This document shows, piece after piece, positions 32,310-44,897 of a DNA stretch of 64,000 bases (positions within the stretch are counted from its first letter, which is position 1; the number at the start of each line of letters is the position of its first letter). The notes under the pieces are model-generated. The model made no database searches, was not told where the DNA came from, and worked only from the letters and a program-made list of their open reading frames with translations. Made by a program: the position numbers and the translations under genes. Where the stretch lies: contig SMSO01000004.1 of NCBI GenBank assembly GCA_004764695.1, positions 1-64,000 on the forward strand. The letters run 5' to 3'. This DNA is from Schizochytrium sp. TIO01. Lineage: Eukaryota; Protista; Bigyra: Labyrinthulomycetes.

Positions 32310-33649
32310 CCTTTGCTTATCAACAAAGCAACTCCAAGGTTTCCAGTTTTGTTTTGCAAAGGTGAGTATCTAAATTACCTCCAGCGCATGCTACCGAAAT
32401 ATGACAGCAAGATTGCTCACTCGTTGAAGGGATTGTCATTGTGTGTTTTAATTCAACTTAATTATTTGCACGCAGCATCGCAAAGTTTGCATATCAATCA
32501 CCAATTGTAGGAGTCAAGGGTGCAAAGTCGGCGAGAGTGGCAGCATTTTGAATGCGATGCTTTACCGTGGCTTTCAACAATGTTTTGGGGCTATATACTC
32601 CAGACAAAACCAACCACTCATGCTATACTCAGCTTCTATCCAATATTCAGTATTGCATGTATCTCCTTTTACAAGCTGTTTGCCTTTTCGATACCTAGAA
32701 AATAAAATGATTATTGTCTTGCCCCAAAAGAAAAGTCTTCCTAATGTTGATACCAAAATATTCTTTGAAATTGTCGACACTACGGGGCACTCGCATCTCT
32801 GCTCCTGGGATCTTTGAATATTAGCGACTCATTCAGTTCTCACTAAGCATATATGTTTCCCGGCGCTGTTTTTCTCTCAAGTCAGGCTAATGCGCTAAAA
32901 AAAAAAGAAAACAATACATAATCGGAGAATTATTTGCTTAAGTAAATACTTTGGTTCGTTCGTCACTTTAAACAGGTCAGTGGGTACCTAGTACTGTTGT
33001 TCTAGGAAGTCTACTACTAGTTCAATAATTAGGCGTACCCAAAGCAAATCTTGAATGAAGAGTTTGGTCCATGTGAAACTCTGGCGCGGTACATGGGACT
33101 CTATTCATTGTTAAGCAAGTCGGGAGTGAGAGGTCCTGCTGAAATGCCCGTGTTTGCAAGGCCCCCTCGTCCCCGGTCTATCTTCTTCCCTGCCGCTTCG
33201 AACTCAGGAGATTGGACTCCTTCTTGAGAACTTACCTGTTCAACACTCCTGAAAACTCTGCCTCAGCCGCCGCTTTTGAGAGGTCTTCCCTCATCGTTCA
33301 GAAACGGAATTCTCTACAAAACGCTGAGGGAAGCGTCACTGGGTTTGTACACTCGGGGCATCTGTTGCGCAACACTAATTAATAAGACTGCTGTGAAGTC
33401 TCAACAGAGAGAGAGTTGATGATGGAAAGGTGTTGCTTTAAGCTTTCTCCTATTCTTGAGGGCAAATCCACTACTGACAGAAGTACAATTCTTATGGAGC
33501 ATCGAGTCAGAGCGGCAGGGACACAAAGTCTTTTCGTACGGCACCGAAGCACCACTAATCATGAAATGAGGACAGGTCAAAGAACTAGTCAGAAAACTAT
33601 CGAAACGCCTGGAAAAGCAGACCGAGAAGGTGTCCAAAAGATCCTTGAG

Positions 33650-34830
33650 AAGATGGATGGATGGATGGATGGGGTACTAAAGCATGTAAAATTTCTTGGA
33701 AAGGCTTTCTCGGAAAAGAAGTTGTCCCTAAGCTATTGATTTACGGCCTTCGAGAAGCTATAGTTGCGACTGCTTTCTGGAATCTTTTCCATGCTGGTTG
33801 TGATACTTGCACATTACATCTTGGCCAAGGTGAGTACAAGACATTTCTAAGTATTTTGCGTCAGGAAGGTGTTCCTTTAGCTGCCTGTAACTCTCTATAT
33901 CATGAATAAGTTGGCGAGAGCAAGTTGCCTCTGAGTACCAATCCGGCTGATATTGACCAACCTTCCTTCTTCAACATGGACGGGCTTGACAAGGATATGG
34001 CTCAGAAGCTACAGCGAGCATGCACCAATTATATCGAATGCAGACCAAAAGATGCGGAGGGCGAGCAAGCGTGGCTTCGGAGCGTGTCAGGCGCTGAGGT
34101 CATGAATCATGGAACTTGAACACTGGATGAGGAAACAGGATTTGTGGACTGGCCCAATATGGCCAGGGCAGACAAGATTGGGGTGGTAAAGGTGGCGTGG
34201 AAAAGTGAAGAGGAATTTGCTGTGGATAGCTCCATGTACGTGGTCACCTTGCCACGGTCTCTTCCAGGAATGGTTAATCGTCCTGCATCAAATATTTTAT
34301 TCTTTAGAAATGAAGATATTGGTCTTATGAAGGCGTGGTGGAAATATGAAAATTCAGTCGTTATTGACGATCCAGGTATCTCAAAGTCTTGGCACCTTTG
34401 GAAGTACTTAGTGGTGGTATCCAACCCAGAAGTGTGGTGTGTTCTTGGTGAAGACCTAACAGTGCTTCCACAGCCAAAAACTATCATGTTCTGGCGGAAT
34501 GGACCAGCCGTCAGCGTTGGTGCGTTCTTCTTGTCGCTAGAGGTGACAAGTTTGTCGGGTTGAGAGGGACATCGCAATTAGTGTATCTGTGCTCAGGCCT
34601 GTTTCTCATAATGGTGATATACAAATGTTGTATGAGCAAGAGGTCTCGATGCAAGAAGTACCTGCAGCTCGAGGAATACCATGCGTTGCTGCCTGTTCTC
34701 CAGATACGCAGCGCTACAAAGAGTTTTGTAAACAGTATGATGCAAAGCAGCTTTATATGTCATGCCCAAAAAAAGTATATTGATTCAATGAGCGTCAATA
34801 TTATATCAATTGAAAGCAAACGTATCAGAC
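33650..34830 (+). pseudogene. Disrupted Crinkler/RHS-type P-loop NTPase gene
   Basis: Fragments 33661-33909, 33925-34119, 34144-34563 and 34589-34783 are separated by in-frame stops (e.g. TGA 34117) and a frameshift. Degenerate Walker A VVIDDPGISKSWHLWKYL (cf. GxPGIGKS) and ACSPDTQRYKEFCKQ..LYM motif recalled as typical of CRN/RHS NTPases. Confidence 0.62.
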
Positions 34831-34837
34831 TAGGACT

Positions 34838-34993
34838 TCAGTTGATTTTATGAAGGCTAAGACTCTTGATATCATCCACACTGATCTGCTCAGCTCTGGC
34901 AAATCGCTTAGCAGCGAGCTTTGCAGATCGTTCCTTCTTCTTGGCTGCTCGCTCCTTCTGGCTGTCGTTTTGCTGGCGTCGGTTTCCGGGCAT
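34838..34993 (-). CDS. Small basic ORF, 51 aa (MPGNRRQQNDSQKERAAKKKERSAKLAAKRF...), or 5' gene fragment
   Basis: ATG in a CAAG-ATG context like RPS23 in this window; GC-richer, coding-like composition; below the ORF-track cutoff. Confidence 0.3.
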   Translation of the reverse strand: MPGNRRQQNDSQKERAAKKKERSAKLAAKRFARAEQISVDDIKSLSLHKIN

Positions 34994-37705
34994 CTTGGAC
35001 TTGCCCCCCTCGCGCGGGTGCTTTATTCGCAGCCTGCCTTCGTTGCTTCAAGCCTCTCAAGCTACACGGGACAACAAAATACTTTTTATAGTTTTCTTTT
35101 GTTTCTTTTTTTCAGACACTGATGATATCTCCATTAGTAATGTGAGTGATTGATTGTTCTGAAATTAAAAGAGATGACTGCTTAGAAAGTGATATTGTTT
35201 GTACTATTCGGACCACCCAATGTAAATTAGGAAAAAAGACTAAAAGAAGGGAGCGGGACCGCAAAATACCTAAGAATAATATGTATTTCACACTATTGGT
35301 CTTATAATGATAAATGAAATAAGTTCACAAGTGGATCCCCCTTCTACTACTTTACGAGTTTAATATTGGTACCTACATGCAAATTGTTGAGGGTAGTCTA
35401 AGTACTCCTGCGTGCTATACCAATCATTGTTTCATTATATTATTAAAAAGACTTGCACCAACATTAGCGATTGTTTTGGCTTGAGTTTTAACCCAAGTTT
35501 TTAAAAAAATAACGTATTGTTTCACGCAAGTCATGGTGATAAAAAAAAATAGTATTTGGGGCTGGGATAGTTTAGTAGTGGCTTGTGTGTTGAAACTTAA
35601 GCGAAGCCGACCATCCTGTTCCTCCAGAGAACATGAAACTTTGGATGTCTCTAGAAGACAATATGGAGTTTCCAAACATCGAGCCCAGCAAAGTTTCACG
35701 ACCTTGCACCAATGCCATTCTCGTGTGGCGACTTCAAGGCCTACTACAGGGCCGGAGCAAACTTCGATTGCATCAGACTAGTCTAAATCTCGTCCTTGTC
35801 TTAGAAAGTGATTGGCGTTCATCAACGGTGGACATTTGGATTTAGAGTCCTTGGAAAAGGTGACAAAGTTAAAATCATTGGTAGGGATGACAAAATTAAA
35901 GCCCACATATGAGGGAAAGTTCATTTTAAAACCTGGCTAGAAAGGGTAGTAGATGTTAAATATGAGTGTCGATGCATTGTATAATGACTCGCCTGCAGGT
36001 AGAGGATTGTTCTGTTGAATACATAAAAAGAAAGAAGTGGACTTCAATACGATACTCGACTCCATAGGAATTAGCTTCAACTAGTTATTTTCTTATACTC
36101 GAAAAGACAATCCACATTAGGTCTACTGGAAGCTCTCAGAGAGAGAGAGAGAAATGCATACCGACCACCCTACCATTCGATTATATTTATTTTTATAGGA
36201 CGTGGCCTTGTTTTTGAAGAAAGCTTCCCATAGATCATCGTTCTTACTTGGGTTATATTGGCGTTACCATGTGATCGACATAAGTCAAACGGAATAGCAA
36301 TGATCACCTTTTAAAGAATATGTTAGTTTATGATGCCTCGATTGAGTTGGTAAGATGATGTCTTTATTAAGACAATAACTTAACCTGTATGTGATTCTTG
36401 CAGCTGGTACTCTGTAATAGTGTAACATCAGCCTTAAGGTGTAAGAATTGAGGGAATCTTAAGCTGAGCACGCTCTTGATGTTCCCTACGGAGGTGCCGC
36501 ACCTCCTATTGGCAACAGAAAGAGTTGTATCTGATTGAATAGGCGATAGGTAGTCAATGGCCAATCCCAGAGACTCGCCCGTGAGGAGTTTTGGAACAGG
36601 GTTTTGTTTGAGTTAAACTAGCATTTGGACAGCCTTAGTAAAAACAAGGGACCTGTTCTTACAAAGTATGGTGTTGTTGCATAGGATATTAGTAGGGGAT
36701 ACTAATTGATATGAGTTGACTGCAACTCCTACCTGAGTCAATGAATTCGATAGATTGATTAGTTAGAGTGGTATCTGGTGTCAACGAAGAAATTAGGTAC
36801 CCACCCAGGGTATCTAATATTAGAAGAAAGATTCATCGATAGGCATTCTTGATCTAGTGAAGTCAAGTTCCTTTCGAGCCGCAGATGTTGATGATTTCTC
36901 TGAACCTCAGCCTGTTTTTTCTTATACTTGAAGTTGTAGTTGTACCTCAAATTTTATTTCCTCTTCATAACAAAAGGTCTAAATACGATCCCATAGTGTA
37001 TCAAGTCAAAACAATCACTCATATCGCAAAATAGCATTGCAGGTACCTATGGTGTCTATACTGACAGTGACAGGAACTGCGCTCTTCAAGACGAGGATGG
37101 ATCCGAAGCTGCAACTAGTTATCTTTGGGTGAAAGCACATGTCAAAACATCGAGTGTAGTCATCTCTGTTGCATGCTTTTAGATTCTCGATGACTCTTAA
37201 ACCAACTAGAATCGCATCCTCTGCTCGCATTGAGTTATCATGAACTCGATGCTTCACTACTTTGGCCGCGCGATTGCTCGAGCGCACACAGGGTTTTCAA
37301 TGGACAGGGGTACTTGTTTTTTTTTTTTGAGGTACCATTTTGACAGAGAGCACACGCACGCGTCCTAGCTAGGTATCTACTGTAGTATTACTAGAGGTGC
37401 AAGTATGTAGATGGATAAATTCCAATAGGATCAGTTAGATGGAGGCTATGGCTCCCTTCTGAGGGTAGGCAGGGATGAGTTTTTTAACCAACTAAAAGAT
37501 GGATACCTCTAACTAGCGAAAGTGGGTAAGTAGGCACGTAGGTATAGGAAAAGACTTAGGTAACTTAAAGAAAGCGTGACAATTCTGGGAGAAGGTATCT
37601 ACAGTCCTGCAACTTCAAATTGTGTAGAAATATATATTCAGAATCATCATAAGAGGCTATTGAGTACTAGCTGTGAGTGCAAAGCGTCATAGACTTGAAC
37701 GTACG

Positions 37706-38428
37706 ATGGGTTGCGTGCTTTCGAGAGAGGACAAAGCGAGTAATAGCGCCAGAGACATACCAAAACCTGGTAGGGCAAGTCTCACAAAGGCTCAAGAACA
37801 GCATACTGAAGAACCGACAGAGTACACTGTGGCAGTAACAACTGTAGCTGAAGATTCTGTACCCTTCGAATACACCAAGTTGGTGGACATCTTTGATGTG
37901 AATGCCCTCAAACCACTTCAGACTGATAAGTTGTCGAAATACCTGAATAAGACTCTCCCACAAATTAACAAACACTATAGGGTTCACCTCAGTGTGCGTA
38001 AGAATGAGTTTACGCCAGAAAGATTTTTGATGGAGGCAATTGTAAGAAAATTCCGGCAATACGGTTGGTTTGTAGCTCTGTTCGAATATGGCATTTACCC
38101 CAAACATGCTCAATGTTTAGGGAAGGGGGACCTTCTCCTAGTGCATCCGAACCAGTTAGGTCAGCCACTTGTACTTGCAATCGAAGCAAAGATCCTCGAC
38201 CGTACTGCAAGCAATATTAATCACACAGCAAAACGTCAAAAAGTCCTAGATCAATCAAGAAAGTATAGAAAGTTAATCAAGGAGTTGCTCTCGGCTGATT
38301 TTTCCAACGTTTGTGGACTTGCTCTTTTAGCGTGGCGGAGGACACCTGATAGAATCATGATACATCGTGATTGTCATCTCCGCTCTCCTTTTGTAGAAAA
38401 TTGTCCTACATTCCCTCCAGATCAATGA
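37706..38428 (+). CDS. Putative PD-(D/E)XK (restriction-endonuclease-fold) protein with an MGC acylation-type N-terminus, 240 aa
   Basis: First ATG gives MGCVLS. Motif series E..(FEY)..GKGDLLL..LAIEAK..KVLDQSRKY. Confidence 0.62.
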   Translation: MGCVLSREDKASNSARDIPKPGRASLTKAQEQHTEEPTEYTVAVTTVAEDSVPFEYTKLVDIFDVNALKPLQTDKLSKYLNKTLPQINKHYRVHLSVRKNEFTPERFLMEAIVRKFRQYGWFVALFEYGIYPKHAQCLGKGDLLLVHPNQLGQPLVLAIEAKILDRTASNINHTAKRQKVLDQSRKYRKLIKELLSADFSNVCGLALLAWRRTPDRIMIHRDCHLRSPFVENCPTFPPDQ

Positions 38429-40042
38429 AGGACTTGTAAGGTGACGGCATAAATATCAAATATATTCAAAGTGAATAATGCTCTTTCTAGAAGATACATA
38501 TCTAGTACCGAGATTGGGTCATGCGGGCAAGACAGTAGCAAAATCCTTGGTACACTGTTATAGGTCCTCAACTGTTAGGTATTGTATATAGTGAGGATGT
38601 GACTATCACATACGAAGGTGTGAGACGAAGGGAACTCTAGAGTTTTAGTGAAATACATAATCGAGCTATTATAAAAGGACAAACGAAGTCACTGGTTAAG
38701 CTTACCTCTTGTGTAATAACAGATGAATTGTGTCGTAGCCTCCTAATTAGAATATGAACCAACCCACCTGGGTGTTCATCTCCAAGGACAGCAAACTGCT
38801 AGCTCATTGAATCAAAGTTTACCAAACGTTCTTAAAGTGTTGAGTCTTCAATCGAACAAACTAGTGGACAAGGCATTGCTAGAGTTCTTAGCGTCCCTTT
38901 GCAACGACCTCGTAGACATAGGGCTTAGAATAAAGCCAAACTAGACAACCAGACTTACGTGCTTGCTGAAGTCAAGAACCAAAAGTATGACTACACATTA
39001 CCTGGAACCAGGTATGATGCAACTTGGGTTGATGGTGGAAGAGGTGGAATAAACCAACCCCGTCGAGTATCTCTAACACCGATCAAGAATGTATTAGCCT
39101 CCTACTTGCTACATGAATCAGCCTGCCGTGGGATTCCGTTCCAGGACAGCAGCTCGCTAACTCTTAAAGTCGACCTTCTTTAAGCCTTCATCAAGACTCT
39201 TGCCTTCATCTTTACGCTCCACTCCCAGCTGGCCAGATCCATCTTCCAGTACAAAGCCAAGTATTCTGCCGTCATCTTCATTAATGAAACGTGGTTGTGA
39301 TTGCTTAGATATGATTGAGTAAATGTCAGAGAAACCTGTGCTTAGTTGGCATCGATGCTAGGGTTAATGCTTGTCTTGGATAGCTTGTGGTCTTGTTGAG
39401 TTGGTTTGGGTCGATTCAGGTTGATTCGGATTTTGCTGTCGGATCTTCTTTGCAAACTCCTCTCGACGCTTGCATTGTTCCCTTCGTTCCTTAGTATGGG
39501 TGCATCTCATGCGGTGTTATACATCAGCGATCATGCCACAGTGTCAAACATCAGCGATCATGTCAGTAGTGTCAGAAAGGTGTTCCTTAAAGCCCTGCAA
39601 AGTCACGCCGTAATGTTGTATCTGTTTCCCTTCTCAGTATTCATCGTCGACCTGTAGCTAATCAGATCCATTTTAAAGCAAAGTTAGCAATCTGGCGACC
39701 TCGGTGAAGTATTTCTAATTGTTACAGCTAATATATTTCATGATGAGGTTTTCTATTGACTCACAAGCATCATTCTAAATTGGACTTGCAATAGATTTGC
39801 CAACCATTGGGGTGGTTCAGCTTTTCTGTAATCTAGAAAGCTCTTGAGGGCGAATCACACTTCTGATTGTGTTGCTTGGAAACCATCAAGGACAACACCA
39901 ATATATTTTCGAATGCATTACATAAGCGGAATATTTATCACAGAGCTCTAGCAGGGCTGAAGTTGGTTGTCCTTTCGATTGTCTCTCTCAGTAATGATTG
40001 AGCTTTAGACACTGTTCAGAACCTTCTTAATGGTACAAAGGC

Positions 40043-40960
40043 TTAGGAGGTGTCAGAGGTAAAATGATCAAACTCATGTTGGTGCAGTTTATGTTGTTTG
40101 ATGATGTCAGGGAACTGATTTGGGAACTTTATTAAACTAGTCCGATGAGGTTTAGATTTGATCAGGATTTTTTGTTGAGGCGAGACCTCATGCAGAATGC
40201 CATCTTCAGTAAGAGCACTAAAACGGACTTCGATTTTGTTCTGTTCATTCTTTTGATTCATCTTAATATTGATCAGCTTTATACGTAGCATTATCTTAAG
40301 GTAACGCTGCTGCGCGATCATAATTTTGGTACCCTTCATCTGTATGAGGTGCTTATTTGGATTAACATGTGTTGTGAGGATATATATTTCGCCATGCCGA
40401 TCAAACGTTATCTCTTGCTCCATAAAATCTACCCCAGAGATACCCTCGTCCGAATCAGAAGAAGGTTCAACGGATTGTCGAGCGTGGACGTGAATCTTAC
40501 ATGGCAAGGCACCACTTGAAGTTTCTAGGACCATACGTGCGACACCATAATCATTATAGCAATAAAATATTGGCATATTTGGTGGATGTTCGAGCGCAAA
40601 ACGTATAGGTTTGCAGGACTGAGATGATGTGACATCTCTAATTTTGGGCTGCGCTGTGAAGCTTTCAGATTCTTGATGTTGCTGATGTTGACGTTGGTGG
40701 TCATGGTCCGGTTTGGAGTCGTTAGAGTGCTGAAGTTGCTGATCTTCCCCGTTCTGACTGGGGGTTAAGAATTGCCTCTTTGTCACTTCGGATTGTCCGC
40801 CCTGATCGATATCACCTTCGCCTTGCTTTGTCCTTTTTTTCACGCGCCGTGTGAGTGTTTCTCTGCCGGCAGGGTCATCACGTTGCTGGCGCTTCTTTGC
40901 TGATGTACATATCCTGCTTTTAGAGCTCTGGCGCTTACGACAAAGAGAATCTTTTGTCAT
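40043..40960 (-). CDS. Hypothetical protein (305 aa from first ATG): basic/disordered N-terminus plus C-terminal domain shared with 44898-47123
   Basis: Long ORF; NLS-like KKRQ and RRVKKR; C-terminal domain aligns by eye with the 741-aa ORF. Confidence 0.72.
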   Translation of the reverse strand: MTKDSLCRKRQSSKSRICTSAKKRQQRDDPAGRETLTRRVKKRTKQGEGDIDQGGQSEVTKRQFLTPSQNGEDQQLQHSNDSKPDHDHQRQHQQHQESESFTAQPKIRDVTSSQSCKPIRFALEHPPNMPIFYCYNDYGVARMVLETSSGALPCKIHVHARQSVEPSSDSDEGISGVDFMEQEITFDRHGEIYILTTHVNPNKHLIQMKGTKIMIAQQRYLKIMLRIKLINIKMNQKNEQNKIEVRFSALTEDGILHEVSPQQKILIKSKPHRTSLIKFPNQFPDIIKQHKLHQHEFDHFTSDTS

Positions 40961-42181
40961 TAGCAATACTGAATAATGCTTATACTGCTTGTATTTACGC
41001 ACTAAACTAGAGCTGCCTACCAGCACCACTGAGCTTGCTGATTGATTGATTGTCAGTGTTTCGGAACTGCCTCTCGTCCAGCGTCAAGGGGTTCCTACGC
41101 AGGACTTGAGATGTGCACTACTTACTTTTGTTTTGAGAGTCATTTAAATGGTTGCTTTGCTCTTCCAAAATTTCATTCAAGCTGACATTCAATCTTGAGA
41201 GCGCGACTTTTTTTTTCTTTTTTTTGAGAGCGCGATGATTGAAAACTAAAAATAGAAACATTCTCGAAACAATGACTTCAATAGGTAAAAACAGAGGGCA
41301 GAAGCTCACTTGGGATGTACGTGGAGTATTCAAGCTTGAGAAAAGAAAGGTCAGACCGAACAATGTCTGAGATATGTTTCCAATGGATCATATAAACCAA
41401 GTATATTCTACAATCTTTTATATATATATTATTTATTTAATTATAGAATAACATGAAGTAAAATAAGGAAAAAATCATTTGGGAGTATAAGCTTTCAGCA
41501 TTGATGATACAGGATAAAGAGTAACTTGATAATTAATAAATGTGCCACTCACTTTTCGTGAAAGGGTCGATAGAAACAGATGTTCTCAGTGCCAGTGAGA
41601 GAGTTCAGACAAAAATGAGAATCCCTTGGCCAACAAGCGGTGGATTCGATTAGTCAGTGGATCTGTTGAATAAATAAAAGCATTCTTTTTATAATCCTGC
41701 AAATACACACTGTTCTTCCACAGCACATACTGCGTATCAGACGCTTGAGTATCTAAAACAACACAACGAATAAACAGCGGAAACTTCCCGGGATTTGCTA
41801 CGGCCACGATTCTATAGCTTTCAATTATCCAAACGGGTCATTTCCATAACTTGCTGCCGCACCCCGTTATACCAACCAGTAATCTAAAGAGCAGCAAATG
41901 CCGTGCTCTCACTCCTGTGCGCTCTCAACTTTATGTCAACGAACAAATAAAACGCACTTCCTTTCCCAGCTCCTACTCCCGGATAAGCAACTGCTAGTGC
42001 GCTGCTTTCGCACCTATCCAAGCCTCAAATTGCCTTACACCAGCAGCAGGAGCAGCAGGGGGCGCAGATCACTACTGCCCGGTCTCCTCCACGATGCCAC
42101 CACCACCTTCACCAGCCCCTGGCATCATCCCCAGCACCACCAGCGCGGGCTCCAAACCCAAAGAGGGCATAACTAAAGCTC

Positions 42182-42365
42182 GCTATTGCTATTGCTATTG
42201 CTATTGCTATTGCTATTGCTATGCTATTGCTATTGCTATTGCTACTGCTATTGCTATTGCTATTGCTATTGCTATTGCTATTGCTATTGCTATTGCTATT
42301 GCTATTGCTATTGCTATTGCTATTGCTATTGCTATTGCTATTGCTATTGCTATTGCTATTGCTAT
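42182..42365. repeat. (GCTATT)n hexanucleotide microsatellite
   Basis: About 30 units with one deletion (~42222) and one GCTACT variant. Confidence 0.95.
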
Positions 42366-44778
42366 CGCTGCGAAGTGCCAGGTGGAGCCCTTCTACCAAA
42401 TACGCTAGCCCTTCTACCTGCTAGCAGTACCTACCGCCCTCCTACCCACCTGCCTTGGACTGCACTGGTTCTACCGGCACTTACGGGGGTTCTACTGTCT
42501 ACCGCAAACCCTATCGCTCGCACTAGCGCTCAGACAGCTGTCATCGAGCAGGCGTGACTGACTCCATCGCTGTCTTCAGTGGCAGCCTCCTTTTGGGAGC
42601 GCTCAGGGCCGCGGCTGGAGCCCCCGCGGGTCCCTCTGCATGGCCTGTGGCCTCCGCCTCGCGGCCCTCAGGCCCTCCGCAGCGGCTTTAGGCCCTCCGC
42701 GCCTCTTCGCTCTTCAGTTTGCGTGCCGTTTTCGAAAGCAATGGCTCTGCAGGAAAATGAAAATGTGAAATTCGTTTTCAGGAAAAACTCTTTTCTTCTT
42801 TTTTAAATTTCAGATTAGTTTAAGTTTCGTTTTCTCTCTCTTTCCCTCTCTTTCCCTCTGTCTCTCTGTGTCTCTGTCTCTGTCTCTGCGCTCTCACAAT
42901 CTCCGTTTAAGAAGTTAGAGGCAGTAAAAAGCAACACTAACCACGATATATCTACTACTATATAGGACTTATGTCATAACTTTTTATAAATTAATTTTAT
43001 GTTTAAAATATCGATTTAAAATAAAATAAAAATAAAAAAACAGATGAAGTGTAAATGTGAATATAACAAAATCACGATCATGTTGAAACGCATACACCAA
43101 CACACTAACGTACGTTTAGAATAGCAGTCTCAAATGAGAAACGATTTTTATTTTTTGCTACCACTAGGGGATGCGTAGCTACATCTTACGCGCTTGCGAA
43201 AATCATATATATATGTCTCCGCACTCTCGCCAATAAAACAATTTTTCGTATAGGACTACATATACCTAATTCGTTATACCACCCCTCTTAAACTTATTTT
43301 TACGCAATGAACAATGAATAGACTGTCTTGGACTGAAGTTTTTTAGTGAGCTTTTTTGCTTTTGTTACCGCATGATATACCGCTGCCGCCCTCACTCTCT
43401 CACTCTCTCTGTATACGCGGCGCTTTCGAGTCACGGCCGATGGGTTAGTTATCATGGTGAGGAAACGAGTCCGTCTGAAGAAGCTTCTTCTCCCTTTCTC
43501 TCTATCTCCGACCGCCTTTTGAGGCTTTATTCCGGTTTTCCTTTTTATCTGTTTACTTCTATTCTGCTCTTAAAAGATCCTCGCATTAGCTATTTAGCTA
43601 TCTCGGTCGTAGTTTTCTCGTTGATTTAGGTATAGTGTAAAGTTTATTTTTATTTTTTCAGTTAGTTATGTTGCATAAAATACAAAGCCTTTCGCCTGTT
43701 TGTAAGAATAGTTATTATTATTATTATTAAATTCTGTTATTTAATTTGACTCTGTGAGCGGCCGAGGCCTAGGCTCCGGACTATCACATCCCTAGTAGTG
43801 GTTTTCTTTTGTTTTCCTTTGGTCGAGAAGGATTCCTCTTTTACTTTCGCTCCTGGACCGAAGTCCGACTGCGTTTAGTTTCGGGGCGCGCAACTCTCTT
43901 CAAAGCACGGCCTTATTAGCTCTCTCTCTCTCTCTCTGCGAGACTGAGACTCGTTCGAGCTCTGAGCTTTTGCGGAGTCCATCATCGCTTCGTTCTCAGA
44001 TTATACACAGGCTGGTTTATTTTATTTTAAAACGAAACAAAGTTGAGCCTCACAAGAGATAGAGAGATACATAGGGTAAACTTATCTTGGTAGGCTGTGC
44101 CTAGTAATGACCTTATAGTCTAGTATCTTTCCCTTCTTGATTCAAAATTTATCATTTATTTATCATTGTTTATTTATTTGTTTATTTATTTGTTTATTTA
44201 TTTATTTGTTTATTTATTTGTCATTTTTCATAAAGTGGCCTAACCACGTCAGTTTTTCCCTCTCACCACTGAAGCTTTTCAAGGGTAGCTTCTGCGTAGG
44301 TAGGCTTAGGCAGGGTCGCGTTCACATGCTTGTTTAAAAGAAAAAGAAAAACACAAAGAGGCGAGCTCCTCCTCGAAGAAGGCGTTTTGCCATACGTTCA
44401 TGCGAAGGCCTCCTTCCCTCTGCCTCGGCCCCTCCCTCTCTCCTCGGCGCCGTATGGAGCGAGGCAGCACTGCCGCGAGACGGCGCGCAGCGATACACAC
44501 GATTCATGATCTATTGTGGAAAGAAGAATATTTGTATACCTTAGGTCCTCCGTTGTACGCAGTTGAAATTTTAATTTTCAAAGTAAAGTAGTGTTTGTTT
44601 GTTATCTTGTGGGGTCATTATTTTCAAGTGAAATAAATAAAATGAAATGATGATGGAAATAGAGAAAACATTCCGTTGTTTTTTTTTTTAATGGAGGGCT
44701 AAAACGCCCCTTATGCCCCCATTTGCACTGCTTTCCAGACTGGAGAGGGGTGTATAGAAAGTACAGGTTAAGCTGCAG

Positions 44779-44880
44779 CGCGCGCTCTCAGGCAGAAATT
44801 ATATTCGCTATTTGAGAGCGACGAGTAGTTGAGAGCGAGGTGTCTTGAGAGCGAGGTGTCTTGAGAGCGCGCGCTCTCAA
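44779..44880. promoter_or_regulatory. Cluster of TTGAGAGCG motifs ending in a perfect 20-bp palindrome TTGAGAGCGCGCGCTCTCAA
   Basis: Motif at ~44779 (reverse), 44812, 44829, 44845 and 44861-44880, ending 17 bp before ATG 44898. The same motif lies upstream of the paralogue at 41195 and 41224. Confidence 0.5.
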
Positions 44881-44897
44881 AAGCGGGCAGGGCAGCC

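Noticed and set aside
42094-42557. Poly-AI, poly-CY, poly-L and poly-SN ORFs
   Set aside because: Artefacts of the (GCTATT)n microsatellite.
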